A stretch of DNA of 64,000 nucleotides from the NCBI RefSeq assembly GCF_963921235.1, contig NC_086108.1, forward strand, positions 98,768,001 through 98,832,000, read 5' to 3'. The translations under genes were made by a program, and so were the position numbers. Shown piece after piece: positions 1 to 11,857 of this stretch. The notes beneath the pieces were generated by a model, which saw only the letters and a program-made list of their open reading frames with translations, made no database searches and had not been told where the DNA came from. Each line of letters begins with the position of its first letter. Position 1 is the stretch's first letter. Origin of the DNA: Mobula hypostoma (taxonomy: Eukaryota).

Positions 1-216
1 TACTGATCCCGGGGGAAATTGGTTTTCGTTACAGTTGCACCATAGATAATTAAGTAGTAATAAAACCATAAATAGTTAAATAGTAATATGTAAATTATGT
101 CAGGAAATAAGTCCAGGACCAGCCTATTGGCTCAGGGTGTCTGACCCTCCAAGGGAGGAGTTGTAAAGTTTGATGGCCACTGGCAGGAATGACTTCCTAT
201 GACGCTCTGTGTTGCA
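1..216 (-). mobile_element. 3' end of a Rex1/Babar-type LINE
   Basis: Reverse complement matches the 3' part of the element at 41837-42277 (gtcattcctgcc..tggccatc..ggagggtcagacaccct..gtaacgaaa.ccaatttccc.cggga). Confidence 0.6.
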
Positions 217-610
217 TAGACCTCAAAAGAGCAATGCATGCAAGACGGCCCAAGAATCTGTCAGAACTAGAAGCCTTTGCAAGGAAGAATGGACGAAAAT
301 CCCCCAAGCAAGAATTGAAAGACTCAGCTGGCTACAGAAAGCGTTTACAAGCTGTGATACTTGCCAAAGGGGGTGTTACTAAGTGCTGACCATGCCGGGT
401 GCTCAAACTTTTGCTTCGGGCCCTTTTCCTTTTTTGTTATTTTGAAACTGTAAAAGTCGGAAATAAAAAAAAGTAATCTTGCTTAAAATATTAAAGAACT
501 GTGTCATCTTTAACTTCATGCCTTTTGGAAATCAGGTAATCTTTTACTCATTTAGCTATTCACAGTAACAGAAATTTTGACCGGGGTGCCCAAACTTTTG
601 CATGCCACTG
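217..610 (+). mobile_element. Tc1-type transposon 3' fragment with IR/DR-type right end
   Basis: ORF 189..389 reads DLKRAMHARRPKNLSELE...RLQAVILAKGGVTK (Tc1 C-terminus); inner repeat gggtgctcaaacttttg at about 397-414 and outer ggggtgcccaaacttttgcatgccactg followed by TA at 611-612. Confidence 0.85.
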
Positions 611-1532
611 TATAGTTGTTTTTCTGCACATCTTGCATGCTATTTTATCTGTGATCTGAAGCAAAGAAAACATCAGTTCTGTCAAAGGAAATGTTAGCTT
701 GAAATAATTACTGCAGAAAACATGAGCATTACATATATTACTGTATTTACTTCTAAATAGAGCTTAGCAGGGGATAATCAAAGCACTTGATTAATTGTTT
801 AGTGTAGCGTTGCACGCTCTCTCATTTCCTGAAGGGTCTTATTAGGATGCTACACAAGCACTTGATTAAAGAGGATTTACTGACTTAAATTTGTGGTTTA
901 TACTGGGTCATTAGAAGTCATATGCTTATTAGTCTCCCTTTCAAATTGTAATCAGTCTCTTTACAAAATGTATTGCATATTTGTGGTAAATGTAGGGAAA
1001 AACATAGTTGATAAAACCTCATAGATCTGCATTAATTTGTCTTGTCCATGTTTTATCACAGCTAACAATGAGGAGAGAATGAAGTTGCCATTGTTGGAAA
1101 TTCTGAAGAATTGTTTGTGTTGTGTTTAGTTTATAGAAATTAATTTCTATTTTGGATTCATCAGTGGTTGCAGGCGTAATTTGCTGTTTGAGTCTTTGTG
1201 CCAACTGAGGTTTAAGCACATTTGTTTTTCTCAATTGTTGTCGCTTTTACAATGCTGAGCCATAGCCATCATTTTGAATTTATACAACTAATTAATGAAA
1301 AGATTTTTAATCAATGTAATAAAAATATTAAAATATTGTTCTTAAGTTGCATTCTCCGAACCCCTTTTTGAAGGTTCTAAAAAGAGAGGAATTCCCAAGA
1401 TGGTTACACAAATTCTGTTCTCTATGTAATTTAGTATCTAAGGGCTTAATAGTTTCATACATTTACATTCTGCATGTGGTGAATGTGTTCATGCAAAAGC
1501 AATTTGCATGCTAGTTTAATTATCTCTAAATG

Positions 1533-1775
1533 TCTAGAATCATGGAAGCTTACAGCACAGAAAGTTCCCTCAGCCCGCCAAGTCTACATCGGCCATCAAT
1601 TTACCATTTACACAATTCCTCTACTGTTCTCATTATATTCTCCCCACGTTTCCATAAATCCACCTAAGATTCTACCTTTTACCTACATAATAGGAGAAAT
1701 TTTACAGTGGCCATTTAATTTATCAACCAACATGTCTTTGGGATGTGGAAGGAAGCCAGAATACCTCGAGAGAGG
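1533..1775 (-). mobile_element. HE1/V-SINE-like SINE remnant with CR1-type tail
   Basis: CR1-like tail (tacagcacagaaa...cagccc) plus V-domain-like catgtctttgggatgtggaaggaagccagaatacc. Confidence 0.55.
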
Positions 1776-2410
1776 GTTCAATTCAATACAATCAGAATGT
1801 GCCTATTCCACACATCAGGATCGAAACCTCATTGACTGATCACTGTTTATCCAGCAAATGTCTGGTCTGTATTGTTGTGGCAAGTTGTTGGATCAGTTTT
1901 GATCTAATTCATTTCTCCCCATTGTCATAAGGTTGTGGTAAAGAAAGGGACTTTGTTTGTCCTTTGCCATAAATCTTAACAAAAATCTGTTTGGTTTGTC
2001 GGATTTACAGAAGCATTAATAATTTAGCCAATTGATATTTTGGAACAGGTCTGGTATTGTACATAACATTGCTAATGTATATCAGGCGCATTGGTCTAAT
2101 GAGCCTGCAATGATATTCAAGGGTAATGTAGACCAGTTCAGGTACTTTGCCCTCACAGTGTCCTTTACTTGGTTTCCCATTAATGGATGTGGCGAAATAG
2201 CAGTTTCTGATTGAATCATACTGAGCGTCTCTTTAAACGAGATGGTTCCGAGCAATGTGACTGTGTTACTAATGTTAGCCAGCTATTTTTTTTATTGAAA
2301 ATTAATGGGTGAAAGATGCAGGCTGCAGAATAGATGTGAGAAAACTGCTTTTAGCTCGGGATTTAGACCTGGAATTTACTGTCAGAAAACCTGTTGGAGA
2401 CAATCAAGAA

Positions 2411-2634
2411 CGCAAACAACAGGAATTCTGCAGATGCTGGAAATTCAAGCACCACACATCAAAGTTGCTGGTGAACGCAGCAGGCCAGGCAGCATCTCTA
2501 GGAAGAGGTACAGTCGATGTTTCAGGCCGAGACCCTTCGTCAGGACTCACGAAGGGTCTCGGCCTGAAACGTCAACTGTACCTCTTCCTAGAGATGCTGC
2601 CTGGCCTGCTGTGTTCACCAGCAACTTTGATGTG
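2411..2634 (-). mobile_element. Miniature fold-back Penelope-like insertion
   Basis: 16-bp TSD TGGAGACAATCAAGAA (2395-2410, 2635-2650); 89-nt inverted arms 2452-2540 and 2549-2637. Confidence 0.9.
2511..2548 (-). ncRNA. Minimal type I hammerhead ribozyme motif
   Basis: Minus strand reads AGUC-CUGACGA-AGG(gucucgg)CCU-GAAA-C-AUC-GACU. Confidence 0.65.
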
Positions 2635-4103
2635 TGGAGACAATCAAGAAGTGGCTTTAAAAGCAAAGGGGATAGGCACATGAAAAAATAATTTGCAAGG
2701 CCATGAAGGAATGGAATTCGTGAGATTGCTCTTCTAAGAGCTAGCATCAGGTTAATGTGCCAAATGTCATGTGCCATTATTGATTCTGTGAAATTAAGCA
2801 CTCTCATTTAGTAAGGTAAATGGGAGATGGCCAAAGTCAACTGCTGGTGTCAGCGTGCGGTCAAATTTTAAAGTGCCTTTGGTTATTGATGCACTTGGTG
2901 AGTTGACTTAACCATTCACTTTGAATTAACTCTAACATGGAATGTTGAATAAAATCAAAAGCGGTAAGTGTTATACAGTGCACCTCTTTTAAATATAATA
3001 TTTGACATGTAAGCCTGAACAATTGTTTTTCCTTTGATAAATGTTCAAGTCAAGGCTGAATTTATAAAGGATACTATCTGTTAATGTTAGCACAAGTTCA
3101 TCCTCTGTCCAGTGTGCTGTGGCATAGTGGAAGTAAAGGTTTATGACTTGAATACAGGGTCCAAATTGTAATCTTCGGGACCTGACTTAACTACAGTTGA
3201 AATGTTTTAATTTTGACTAATGTGGAATTTCATGTGTAATTGATTGGTACAATACACAAACAGTAAATGTGGCGATGTGCATTTGCTTTTGGTCATCTTG
3301 GAGGGTTCAGTGGACAAGGGAAGCCATTCCTTGTCCTTTCAACAAAGTTGCTGGTGAACGCAGCAGGCCAGGCAGCATCTGTAGGAAGAGGTGCAGTCGA
3401 CGTTTCAGGCCGAGACCCTTCGTCAAGGAAGAGTGAGTAAGGGATTTGAAAGTTGGAGGGGGAGGGGGAGATCCAAAATGATAGGAGAAGACAGGAGGGG
3501 GAGGGATAGAGCCAAGAGCTGGACAGGTGATTGGCAACAGGGGATACGAGAGGATCATGGGACAGGAGGTCCGGGAAGAAAGACAGGGTGGGGGGGACAC
3601 CCAGAGGATGGGCAAGGGGTATATTCAGAGAGACAGAGGGAGAAAAAGGAGAGTGAGAGAAAGAATGTGTGCATAAAAATAAGTAACAGATGGGGTACGA
3701 GGGGGAGGTGGGTCCTTAGCGGAAGTTAGAGAAGTCGATGTTCATGCCATCAGGTTGGAGGCTACCCAGACGGAATATAAGGTGTTGTTCCTCCAACCTG
3801 AGTGTGGCTTCATCTTTACAGTGGAGGAGGCCGTGGATAGACATGTCAGAATGGGAATGGGATGTGGAATTAAAATGTGTGGCCACTGGGAGATCCTGCT
3901 TTCTCTGGCGGACAGAGCGTAGATTTTCAGCAAAGCGGTCTCCTAGTCTGCGTCGGGTCTCGCCAATATATAAAAGGCCACATCAGGAGCACCGGATGCA
4001 GTATATCACCCCAGTCGACTCACAGGTGAAGTGTTGCCTCACCTGGAAGGACTGTTTGGGGCCCTGAATGGTGGTAAGGGAGGAAGTGTAAGGGCATGTG
4101 TAG

Positions 4104-4394
4104 ATATACTGCGTCTGGTGCTCCCGATGTGGCCTTTTATATATTGGCGAGACCCGACGCAGACTGGGAGACCGCTTTGCTGAACATCTACGCTCTGTCC
4201 GCCAGAGAAAGCAGGATCTCCCAGTGGCCACACATTTTAATTCCACATCCCATTCCCATTCTGATATGTCTATCCACGGCCTCCTCTACTGTAAAGATGA
4301 AGCCACACTCAGGTTGGAGGAACAACACCTTATATTCCGTCTGGGTAGCCTCCAACCTGATGGCATGAACATCGACTTCTCTAACTTCCACTAA
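4104..4394 (+). pseudogene. Penelope-type GIY-YIG endonuclease domain, open frame without a start codon (IYCVWCSRCGLLYIGETRRRLGDRFAEH...LGSLQPDGMNIDFSNFH*)
   Basis: Manual translation: 97 codons including the stop; IY-CxxC-YIG, R and EH, terminal GMN; the mirror arm has a CGA>TGA stop at 3983. Confidence 0.85.
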
Positions 4395-4688
4395 GGCCCC
4401 ACCTCCCCCTCGTACCCCATCTGTTACTTATTTTTATGCACACATTCTTTCTCTCACTCTCCTTTTTCTCCCTCTGTCCCTCTGAATATACCTCTTGCCC
4501 ATCCTCTGGGTCCCCCCCGCCTTGTCTTTCTTCCCGGACCTCCTGTCCCATGATCCTCTCGTATCCCCTTTTGCCTATCACCTGTCCAGCTCTTGGCTCC
4601 ATCCCTCCCCCTCCTGTCTTCTCCTATCATTTTGGATCTCCCCCTCCCCCTCCAACTTTCAAATCCCTTACTCACTCTTCCTTCAGTT

Positions 4689-4724
4689 AGTCCTGACGAA
4701 GGGTCTCGGCCTGAAACGTCGACT
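4689..4724 (+). ncRNA. Minimal type I hammerhead ribozyme motif, intact core
   Basis: Stem I AGUC/GACU, CUGACGA 4693-4699, stem II AGG/CCU, GAAA 4713-4716, palindromic ACGU stem III, GUC cleavage triplet ending at 4720. Confidence 0.8.
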
Positions 4725-4942
4725 GCACCTCTTCCTACAGATGCTGCCTGGCCTGCTGCGTTCACCAGCAACTTTGATGTGTGTTGCTTGAATTTCCAGC
4801 ATCTGCAGAATTCCTGTTGTTTCCTTGTCCTTTCATAATCAGGTGATGAATGAGCAAATACAGAATGCAGCTTGCTATAATCAAAGGAAAACAGCCTCGT
4901 TTGGGGGGGGAGGGGGGCGGGGAGGCAGCAGTCCAAATCACA

Positions 4943-5600
4943 GATTAGATTATGAGAACACTCAGTCCTCTTTTTTTGTCATTTAGAAATGCATACATGC
5001 ATTAAGAAATGATACAATGTTTCTCCAGAGTGATATCACAGAAAACAGGACAAACCAAAGACTAACACTGACAGAACCTCATAATTATAACGTATAGTTA
5101 CAGCAGTGCAAAGCAGTACCATAATTTGATAAAGAACAAACCATGGGCACAGTAAAAAAAGACTCAAAAGTCCCCGAGTCCCCGATAGCAGCGGCAAAAG
5201 GAGAAACTCCCTGCCATAAACCTCCAGGCACCGTCAACTTGCCGATGCCTTGGAAGCAGCCAACCACACCGGACACCGAGTCCATCCATCCAAAAACTTC
5301 GAGCCTTTGACCAGCCCTCCGATACAGCCTCCCGAGCGCCATCCTCTGCCGAGCGCCTTCGACCTTGCTTCGGCTGCTGAAACAAGCAAAGCCGAGGATT
5401 TCGGGGCCTTCTGCTCTGGAGATTCCGGTTACCACACAGTAGCAGCGGCAGCGAAGCGGGCATTTCAGAAGTTTTCCAGATGTTCTTCTGTACTCTCACG
5501 TCCGTCTCCATCAAATCAGAATTGTGCACGGTCCCGTACTTGACAGATAACAGATATTCATCACCAGAGAGGCCGCATGCGCCGCCATCTTCTCCTCCTC
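4943..5600 (-). mobile_element. Non-autonomous LINE-derived short element with YY1-type head
   Basis: Minus 5' end GGAGGAGGAGAAGATGGCGGC; LINE-like 3' tail ending (TAATC)n; 4-bp TSD CACA (4939-4942, 5601-5604); no credible ORF. Confidence 0.6.
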
Positions 5601-5738
5601 CACATTGACATGTGCACAAAGATGGGAACAGTGTAGTAGTTGGACAGAATTTATATTCCTGTGAAGCTTGATAAAACTTTTCGATGGTTGGTTTAATATG
5701 ATTTTCATGCTGATGTCCATCCTCATTTCTTTCAACAG

Positions 5739-5872
5739 GTGATAGGGTTATAGACGTTGGCTCAGAATGGCGAACATTTAGTAATGACAAAGCAACAAAA
5801 GACCCATCTCGAGTTGGTGATGCCCAGAATCCACTGCTAAATGGTGGGGATTTGTCAACGATGATTGGGAAG
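5739..5872 (+). CDS. GTF2B: General transcription factor IIB, exon 3 (B-reader/linker: [45 protein letters not shown])
   Basis: Manual translation matches vertebrate TFIIB; acceptor ttcaacAG at 5737-5738, donor GTagga at 5873; 134 nt. Confidence 0.97.
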
Positions 5873-6000
5873 GTAGGAATGTGACTAGCAGTAAATTGAC
5901 TTGATAAAATGTAACTTAACATAACAAATTTTCTGCAGTGTTAAACAAGAAGGTAATGGTTCCAAAGAAATGCAGAACTCCTCACTGTCTCCATCTTTGA

Positions 6001-6131
6001 AACATATAGAAACATAGAAAATAGGTGCAGGAGTAGGCCATTCGGCCCTTTGAGCCTGCTTCACCATTCAGTATGATCATGGCTGATCATCCAACTCAGA
6101 ACCCTGTACCAGCCTTCCCTCCATACCCTTT
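6001..6131 (-). mobile_element. CR1 LINE 3' tail
   Basis: Reverse complement of the tail at about 44280-44405, with (CTATGTTT)n end. Confidence 0.85.
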
Positions 6132-6939
6132 GGACACACATCAATCTGTGATTTGGACTACTGCCCGCAGTTGTTTTTTTTAACTGAACCTGAATTTTGA
6201 CGGTGGACACAGTTGATAAATTTTCTCACTCTCAACCTCCCTCTTCACAATGTGGAAATGGAGTATGATTATTATTGCTGCCAAGACCTCTGGCATAGAC
6301 TGCATGTGGAGGAATTTTTTTCATTATCACAACTTAGCCTGTCGAAGAGTAAACACCTATGTAAATCACTTGTGATTGATCACCTTGATTCTTGTTTAAC
6401 GCGGGAGCTGTGGGGCAGAAAGGAATGTTTGCTGGTTGTTGCTTTGACCTATAAATGTTAGGTTCCTCTATTTCTGGATAATTGTAAACTTGTTTTGGAG
6501 CAGCACATTGCCATTATCTGTAAGGTAGCTACTTTCTTAAGATTCCTAAGACACTGAATTGTTGGTCTTACCAGAATGAAGTTGGAAGTCAGTAAAATAG
6601 CTGGCTTCCAGTCATCCAGCTTGGCAATATCAATTCTCTCTTCAGCACTGCTCCTATCCACTCCTTTAATCCTGTCTCTGATCCTCAAATATCACTATCT
6701 TCCCCCCCCCGCCCCCGCAAAGCTTCTGATCCTTCTGCATGCATTGACTTTGCATGGTCCTCAGTCTCGCCCTTGCAGCAGCCCAGCTGCGTCTTTGATC
6801 CTCTTGCAAACTTATTTATCATTCCTCCACTTCCCATTCTGTCCAACTCCCTTTGCTGCCCTGATCACACTGAGTTCTTGTATGCCTATCACCCTACAGT
6901 CGTCATCACTGACACTGTCCCTCCCAGGCATCTTGCTTG

Positions 6940-7461
6940 AGCTGGTGAACAAGCACAATCAGTCATGTCTGATTTGGAGTCCTCACTTCCTCAGGAGGCT
7001 AAGGAAATTTTGCATGTCCCTGGTGACTTGCAGTTTTTATCGATGCACCATGTCTGGATGCATAAAACTCGGTATGGCAACTGCTCTGCAGGGAGTTGTG
7101 GGCACGGCTGAGCACATCATAGAAACCAGCCTCCCCTCCATGGACTTTGTGTGTACTTCAGCAACTTCAGTAGAGCAGCCAGCACAATCAAAGACTCCTG
7201 CCCACCTAGACATATTCTCTTCTCCCCTGTTTCATCAGGCAGGCAGAAGATATGAGAAAAGGCCTGAAAGCATGTACAACCAGACTTAAGGACAGCTGCT
7301 ATCTTACTATTAGAAGACTATTGCATAAGTTGGACTCTTGCATTTTATTATTTAACTGCACTGCACTTTCTCTGTAGCTTTATTCTGTATTGCATTTGTT
7401 TTACCTTGTTCTACCTCAATACACTGTGTATGAACAGCATGTTGACTGTGTATGAACACAA
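6940..7461 (+). mobile_element. Rex1/Babar LINE 3' fragment (continues at about 9593-9645 after a CR1 insertion)
   Basis: HFLRRLRKF...FYRCT motif in ORF 6576..7289; typical AT-rich tail. Confidence 0.6.
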
Positions 7462-9592
7462 AGTTGACTGGAAAGAGACACTGGCAGGAAAGACAGCAGA
7501 GCAGCAGTGGCTGGAGTTTATGCAAGAAATGAGGAAGGTGCAAGACAGGTATATTCCAAAAAAGAAGAAATTTTCGAGTGGAAAAAGGATGCAACCGTGG
7601 TTGACAAGAGAAGTCAAAGCCAAAGTTAAAGCTAAGGAGAGGGCATACAAGGAAGCAAAAATTAGTGGGAAGACAGAGGATTGGGAAGTCTTTAAAACCT
7701 TACAAAAGGAAACCAAGAAGGTCATTAAGAGAGAAAAGATTAACTATGAAAGGAAACTAGCAAATAATATCGAAGAGGATACTAAAAGCTTTTTCAAGTA
7801 TATAAAGAGTAAAAGACCGGTGAGAGTAGATAAAGGACCGATAGAAAATGATACTGGAGAAATTGTAATGGGAGATGAGGAGATGGCAGAGGAACTGAAC
7901 AAGTATTTTGCATTAGTCTTCACTGAGAAAGACGGCAGGATACCGGACACTCAAGGGTGGCAGGGAAGAGAAGTGTGCGCAGTCACAATTACGACAGAGT
8001 AAGTACTCAGGAAGCTGAATAGGCTCAAGGTCGATAAATCTCCTGGACCAGATGGAATGCACCCTTGTGTTCTGAAGGAAGTAGCTGTGGAGATTGCGGA
8101 GGCATTGCGATGATCTTTCAAAAGTCGATAGATTCTGGCATGGTTCCGGAGGACTGGAAGATTGCAAATGTCACTCCGCTATTTAAGAAGGGGGCAAGGA
8201 AGCAAAAAGGAAATTATAGACCTGTTAGCTTGACGTCGGTGGTTGGGAAGTTGTTGGAGTCGATTGTCAAGGATGAGGTTAGAGTACCTGGAGGCATATG
8301 ACAAGATAGGCAGAACTCAGCATGGATTCCTTAAAGGAAAATCCTGCCTGACAAACCTATTACAATTTTTTGAGGAAATTACCAGTAGGCTAGACAAGGG
8401 AGATGCAGTGGATGTTGTATATTTGGATTTTCAGAAGGCCTTTGACAAGGTGCCACACATGAGGCTGCTTAACGGGATAAGAGCCCATGGGATTATGGGA
8501 AAGTTACATACGTGGATAGAGCATTGGCTGATTGGCAGGAAACAGAGAGTGGGAATAAAGGGATCCTATTCTGGTTGGCTGCCGGTTACCAGTGGTGTTC
8601 CACAGGGGTCCGTGTTGGGGCCGCTTCTTTTTACATTGTACATCAACGATTTGGATTATGGAATAGAGGGCTTTGTGGCTAAGTTTGCTGACGATACGAA
8701 GATAGGTGGAGGGGCCGGTAGTGCTGAGGAAACGGAGAGTCTGCAGAGAGACTTGGATAGATTGGAAAAATGGGCAGAGAAGTGGCAAATGAAGTACAAT
8801 GTTGGAAAGTGTATGGTTATGCACTTTGGCAGAAAAAATAAAGGGGCAGACTATTATTTAAATGGGGAAAGAATTCAAAGTTCTGAGACGCAACAGGACT
8901 TGGGAGTCCTCATACAGGATTCCCTTAAAGTTAACCTCCAGGTTGAGTCGGTAGTGAAGAAGGCAAATGCAATGTTGGCATTCATTTCTAGAGGAATAGA
9001 GTATAGGAGGAGGGATGTGATGTTGAGGCTCTATAAGGCGCTGGTGAGACCTCACTTGGAGTACTGTGGGCAGTTTTGGTCTCCTTATTTAAGAAAGGAT
9101 GTGCTGACGTTGGAGAGGGTACAGAGAAGATTCACTAGAATGATTCCGGGAATGAGCGGGTTAACATATGAGGAACGTTTGTCCGCTCTTGGACTGTATT
9201 CCTTGGAGTTTAGAAGAATGAGGGGAGACCTCATAGAAACATTTCGAATGTTAAAAGGCATGGACAGAGTGGATGTGGGAGTCTAGTACGAGAGGGCATG
9301 ACTTCAGGATTGAAGGGTGCCCTTTCAGCACAGAAATGCGAAAACATTTTTTTAGTTAGAGGGTGGTGAATCTATGGAACTTGTTGCCATGGGCAGCAGT
9401 GGAGGCCAAGTCATTGGGTGTCTTTAAGGCAGAAATTGATAGGTATCTGAGTAGCCAGGGCGTCAAAGGTTATGGTGAGAAGGTGGGGCAGTGGGACTAA
9501 ATAAGATAAAATGGATCAGCTCATGATAAAATGGCGGAGCAGACTCGATGGGCCGAATGGCCTACTTCTGCTCCTTTGTCTTATGGTCATGT
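7462..9592 (+). mobile_element. 5'-truncated CR1 LINE (ORF2 linker and RT domain, 3' UTR), disrupted
   Basis: ORFs 7406..8002, 8065..8301 and 8243..9286: NYRPVSLTS, YLDFQKAFDKV, GVPQGSVLGP, FADDTK, LVRPHLEY; TSD AACACAA (7455-7461, 9593-9599). Confidence 0.95.
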
Positions 9593-10404
9593 AACACAAG
9601 CTTTTTACTCGATCTTGGTCTATGTCACAATAATAACCAATTTCGAATCCAGTTTTATGCATGTATCCCATCGGTAAGCTGCCTTGAGCAGTTTAGCCAG
9701 CACTTCCACCAAGTTTTAAGTGCCCTGAGTTGTCAGTTATTATCTAATTAAAGTTGCAAAGCCTTTGAAGGAGCTTACAGGTTAGTTCCTTTTTGCCCTA
9801 AACCGAGCTTTGAAGTCTAAGCTAAATTCAAGTAGGTCAGGTTCATGTGCAGATTTTGATGTTTTAATGATTGCCCCACTCTTCAAAGTAGCTCAAGTCT
9901 TATGCAATACTTTTTCCCAACTGACATGTGATTATTACCTCAAGTGCCCTCCCTTTTGCTGGTGGCCTCTGACAGCCGATGCAGTTTTACTTCCTTTGGG
10001 GAAATAATACTGTGCTTATTGAATGTGTATGTTCAGGACATTATTTTGATTTTCAAGTGCATAGACAAATCTGTCCTTATAGTTGACTGTGTAACTATAA
10101 AATAACCATATCAAAGGATGAAACTGTAATCCTCCCTATAAGTTGTGTAGTTGTTCTGGTTTGCTTTCTGCGTTTCCTCTGAATGTTGGTAAGAAAGCCT
10201 TTTATGAGCTTGGAAGGGATGTGAAAACTGACCTTCATTGATCTTGGACCAGTGTTTCACAGTTAATTACAAATAGGCCACAGCATCCTTTCGAATGGGT
10301 TTATTGTGAGATTTGTAGCAGAGTACTCCAGTCTATGCATTTTTTGTATATTTATAGCTAGTTTTTCTTTTTGGGAATATTACTTGCTTTGCATTCCTCT
10401 GCAG

Positions 10405-10551
10405 GGTACTGGATCAGCAAGTTTTGATGAGTTTGGAAATGCAAAATACCACAATCGTCGGACAATGAGTAGCTCTGATCGAGCAATGATGAATGCATTT
10501 AAGGAAATCAGCAATATGTCTGATAGGATAAATCTGCCCAGAAATATAGTT
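10405..10551 (+). CDS. GTF2B: TFIIB exon 4 ([49 protein letters not shown])
   Basis: Within ORF 10306..10578; ctgcAG acceptor, GTaagt donor at 10552; 147 nt; phase continuous with exon 3. Confidence 0.97.
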
Positions 10552-10683
10552 GTAAGTTTGTGGAGCTTTTTTTTTTAATCACTGCATCATTTCATTAATT
10601 TAATGAACACTTCAAATTTTAGTATTCTCGAAAATCAAAGAACTCAAACATAATTAAATGGTTTCTTCCTTTTCCCCTGTCAG

Positions 10684-10813
10684 GATCGAACTAATAATTT
10701 ATTTAAACAAGTCTATGAACAGAAGAGTCTAAAGGGAAGGAGTAATGATGCCATTGCCTCTGCCTGTTTGTATATTGCCTGTAGACAAGAAGGTGTGCCA
10801 CGAACGTTCAAAG
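10684..10813 (+). CDS. GTF2B: TFIIB exon 5 ([43 protein letters not shown]), first cyclin repeat
   Basis: Manual translation; pyrimidine tract and cAG at 10681-10683, GTaagt at 10814; 130 nt; preceded by a 132-nt intron. Confidence 0.97.
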
Positions 10814-11857
10814 GTAAGTCGGATCTGGAATTCAAAATCATATTATTTTTCAATAATTCTTTGTATTCCAAGTAGCTTTCAATGGGAATTCTTGGTTTTG
10901 GTAAAAATAATCATTGATTCTGACAGTTTTTAATTAGCAGTCTTCGCAACCTTGATTCATGGACACATAAGCTGAACGCTAAAGAAGTGAACACAACGGC
11001 CATCAACATTAAAAATAGAGTTATTTCCGAACATAGCACAAAGACACTTCAAATTCATAAGGAAACCTTTTGGTTGTTGAAACTGTAACTGAAGAAGTTA
11101 ATGATTGGTGGGAACTGAGCTTTACAGCAGATGATCAGTAAATTAAGCTCAGTTCATTGAATTGATGCTTTTCAGTATTCTCCTTCCATCGTAAGGTCAG
11201 ATATGGAAATGCTCACTGCTAGTCATAACTTAATAGAAGAAGACTTGGTAACACCCCAGTGGTCAATAATAAATGACAGGCATTCACATCAGTTAATCAT
11301 TATAAACCGGAGAAGACCTAATCATATTCTCCCTCTATCATTTATAATCCCAATGCTTCACCACGTGGCCGTCATAAGACCAGAAACGGGGTTTCTCTAT
11401 TGATCTGAGAGCAGCGTGGTGCTGGGTCATCACCTGATTCCATTAGAGCCTCTCCACCACTTACAAGCTCTGGTAGACACCACTCTTCTGCAATAATAAG
11501 GATGTAATTCTTGACTGAGATGCTCAGTGCCGTCCAGGACGGAAATCTGCGGGACCTGTCCCGTCACAAGAGTGGCTTATCACCCTTTGCCACCATATTG
11601 TGGCAGCATAAAGCCAATCTGCGGAACATAGTACAGCCATTGTTATTTGTTGTTGTTTCGGTCCTTTCTGATATTACCAAGAACTTCGAGACCAGCAGCG
11701 TTGTAGAATCCAGTCATGTTTTAAGTGTACATCTGAGTTCTGGGCAATCCTGGACTGACTTGTATCATATTTGTCGAAACACAACTGCATTATCTAAGCT
11801 AGCTGAGGGTAACAAAGACTGTCCCCGTAGGCTTAATGTCGACAACAACTAATCATG

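Larger units (their letters stand above)
3342..4820 (+). mobile_element. Fold-back Penelope-like element (GIY-YIG endonuclease, 3' UTR and hammerhead on inverted arms)
   Basis: 15-bp TSD TTCCTTGTCCTTTCA (3327-3341, 4821-4835); arms 3343-4007 and 4103-4776; 95-nt spacer. Confidence 0.92.

Noticed and set aside
3091..3133. ILCPVCCGIV after an AG as GTF2B exon 2 (zinc ribbon)
   Set aside because: Does not match CPNHPDA..DYRAGDMICPECGLVV; exons 1-2 must be upstream of the window
3307..4936. Many overlapping 60-160-aa ORFs on both strands
   Set aside because: Alternative frames of the palindromic Penelope arms; only the GIY-YIG frame is meaningful
5164..5922. 252-aa minus-strand ORF
   Set aside because: Chance frame spanning antisense GTF2B exon 3, intron and a repeat; no domain
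8243..9286. 347-aa reverse transcriptase as a retron, group II intron or host gene
   Set aside because: FADD-type RT with CR1 C-terminal motifs, upstream frameshifts, CR1 tail and TSD: an ordinary truncated LINE
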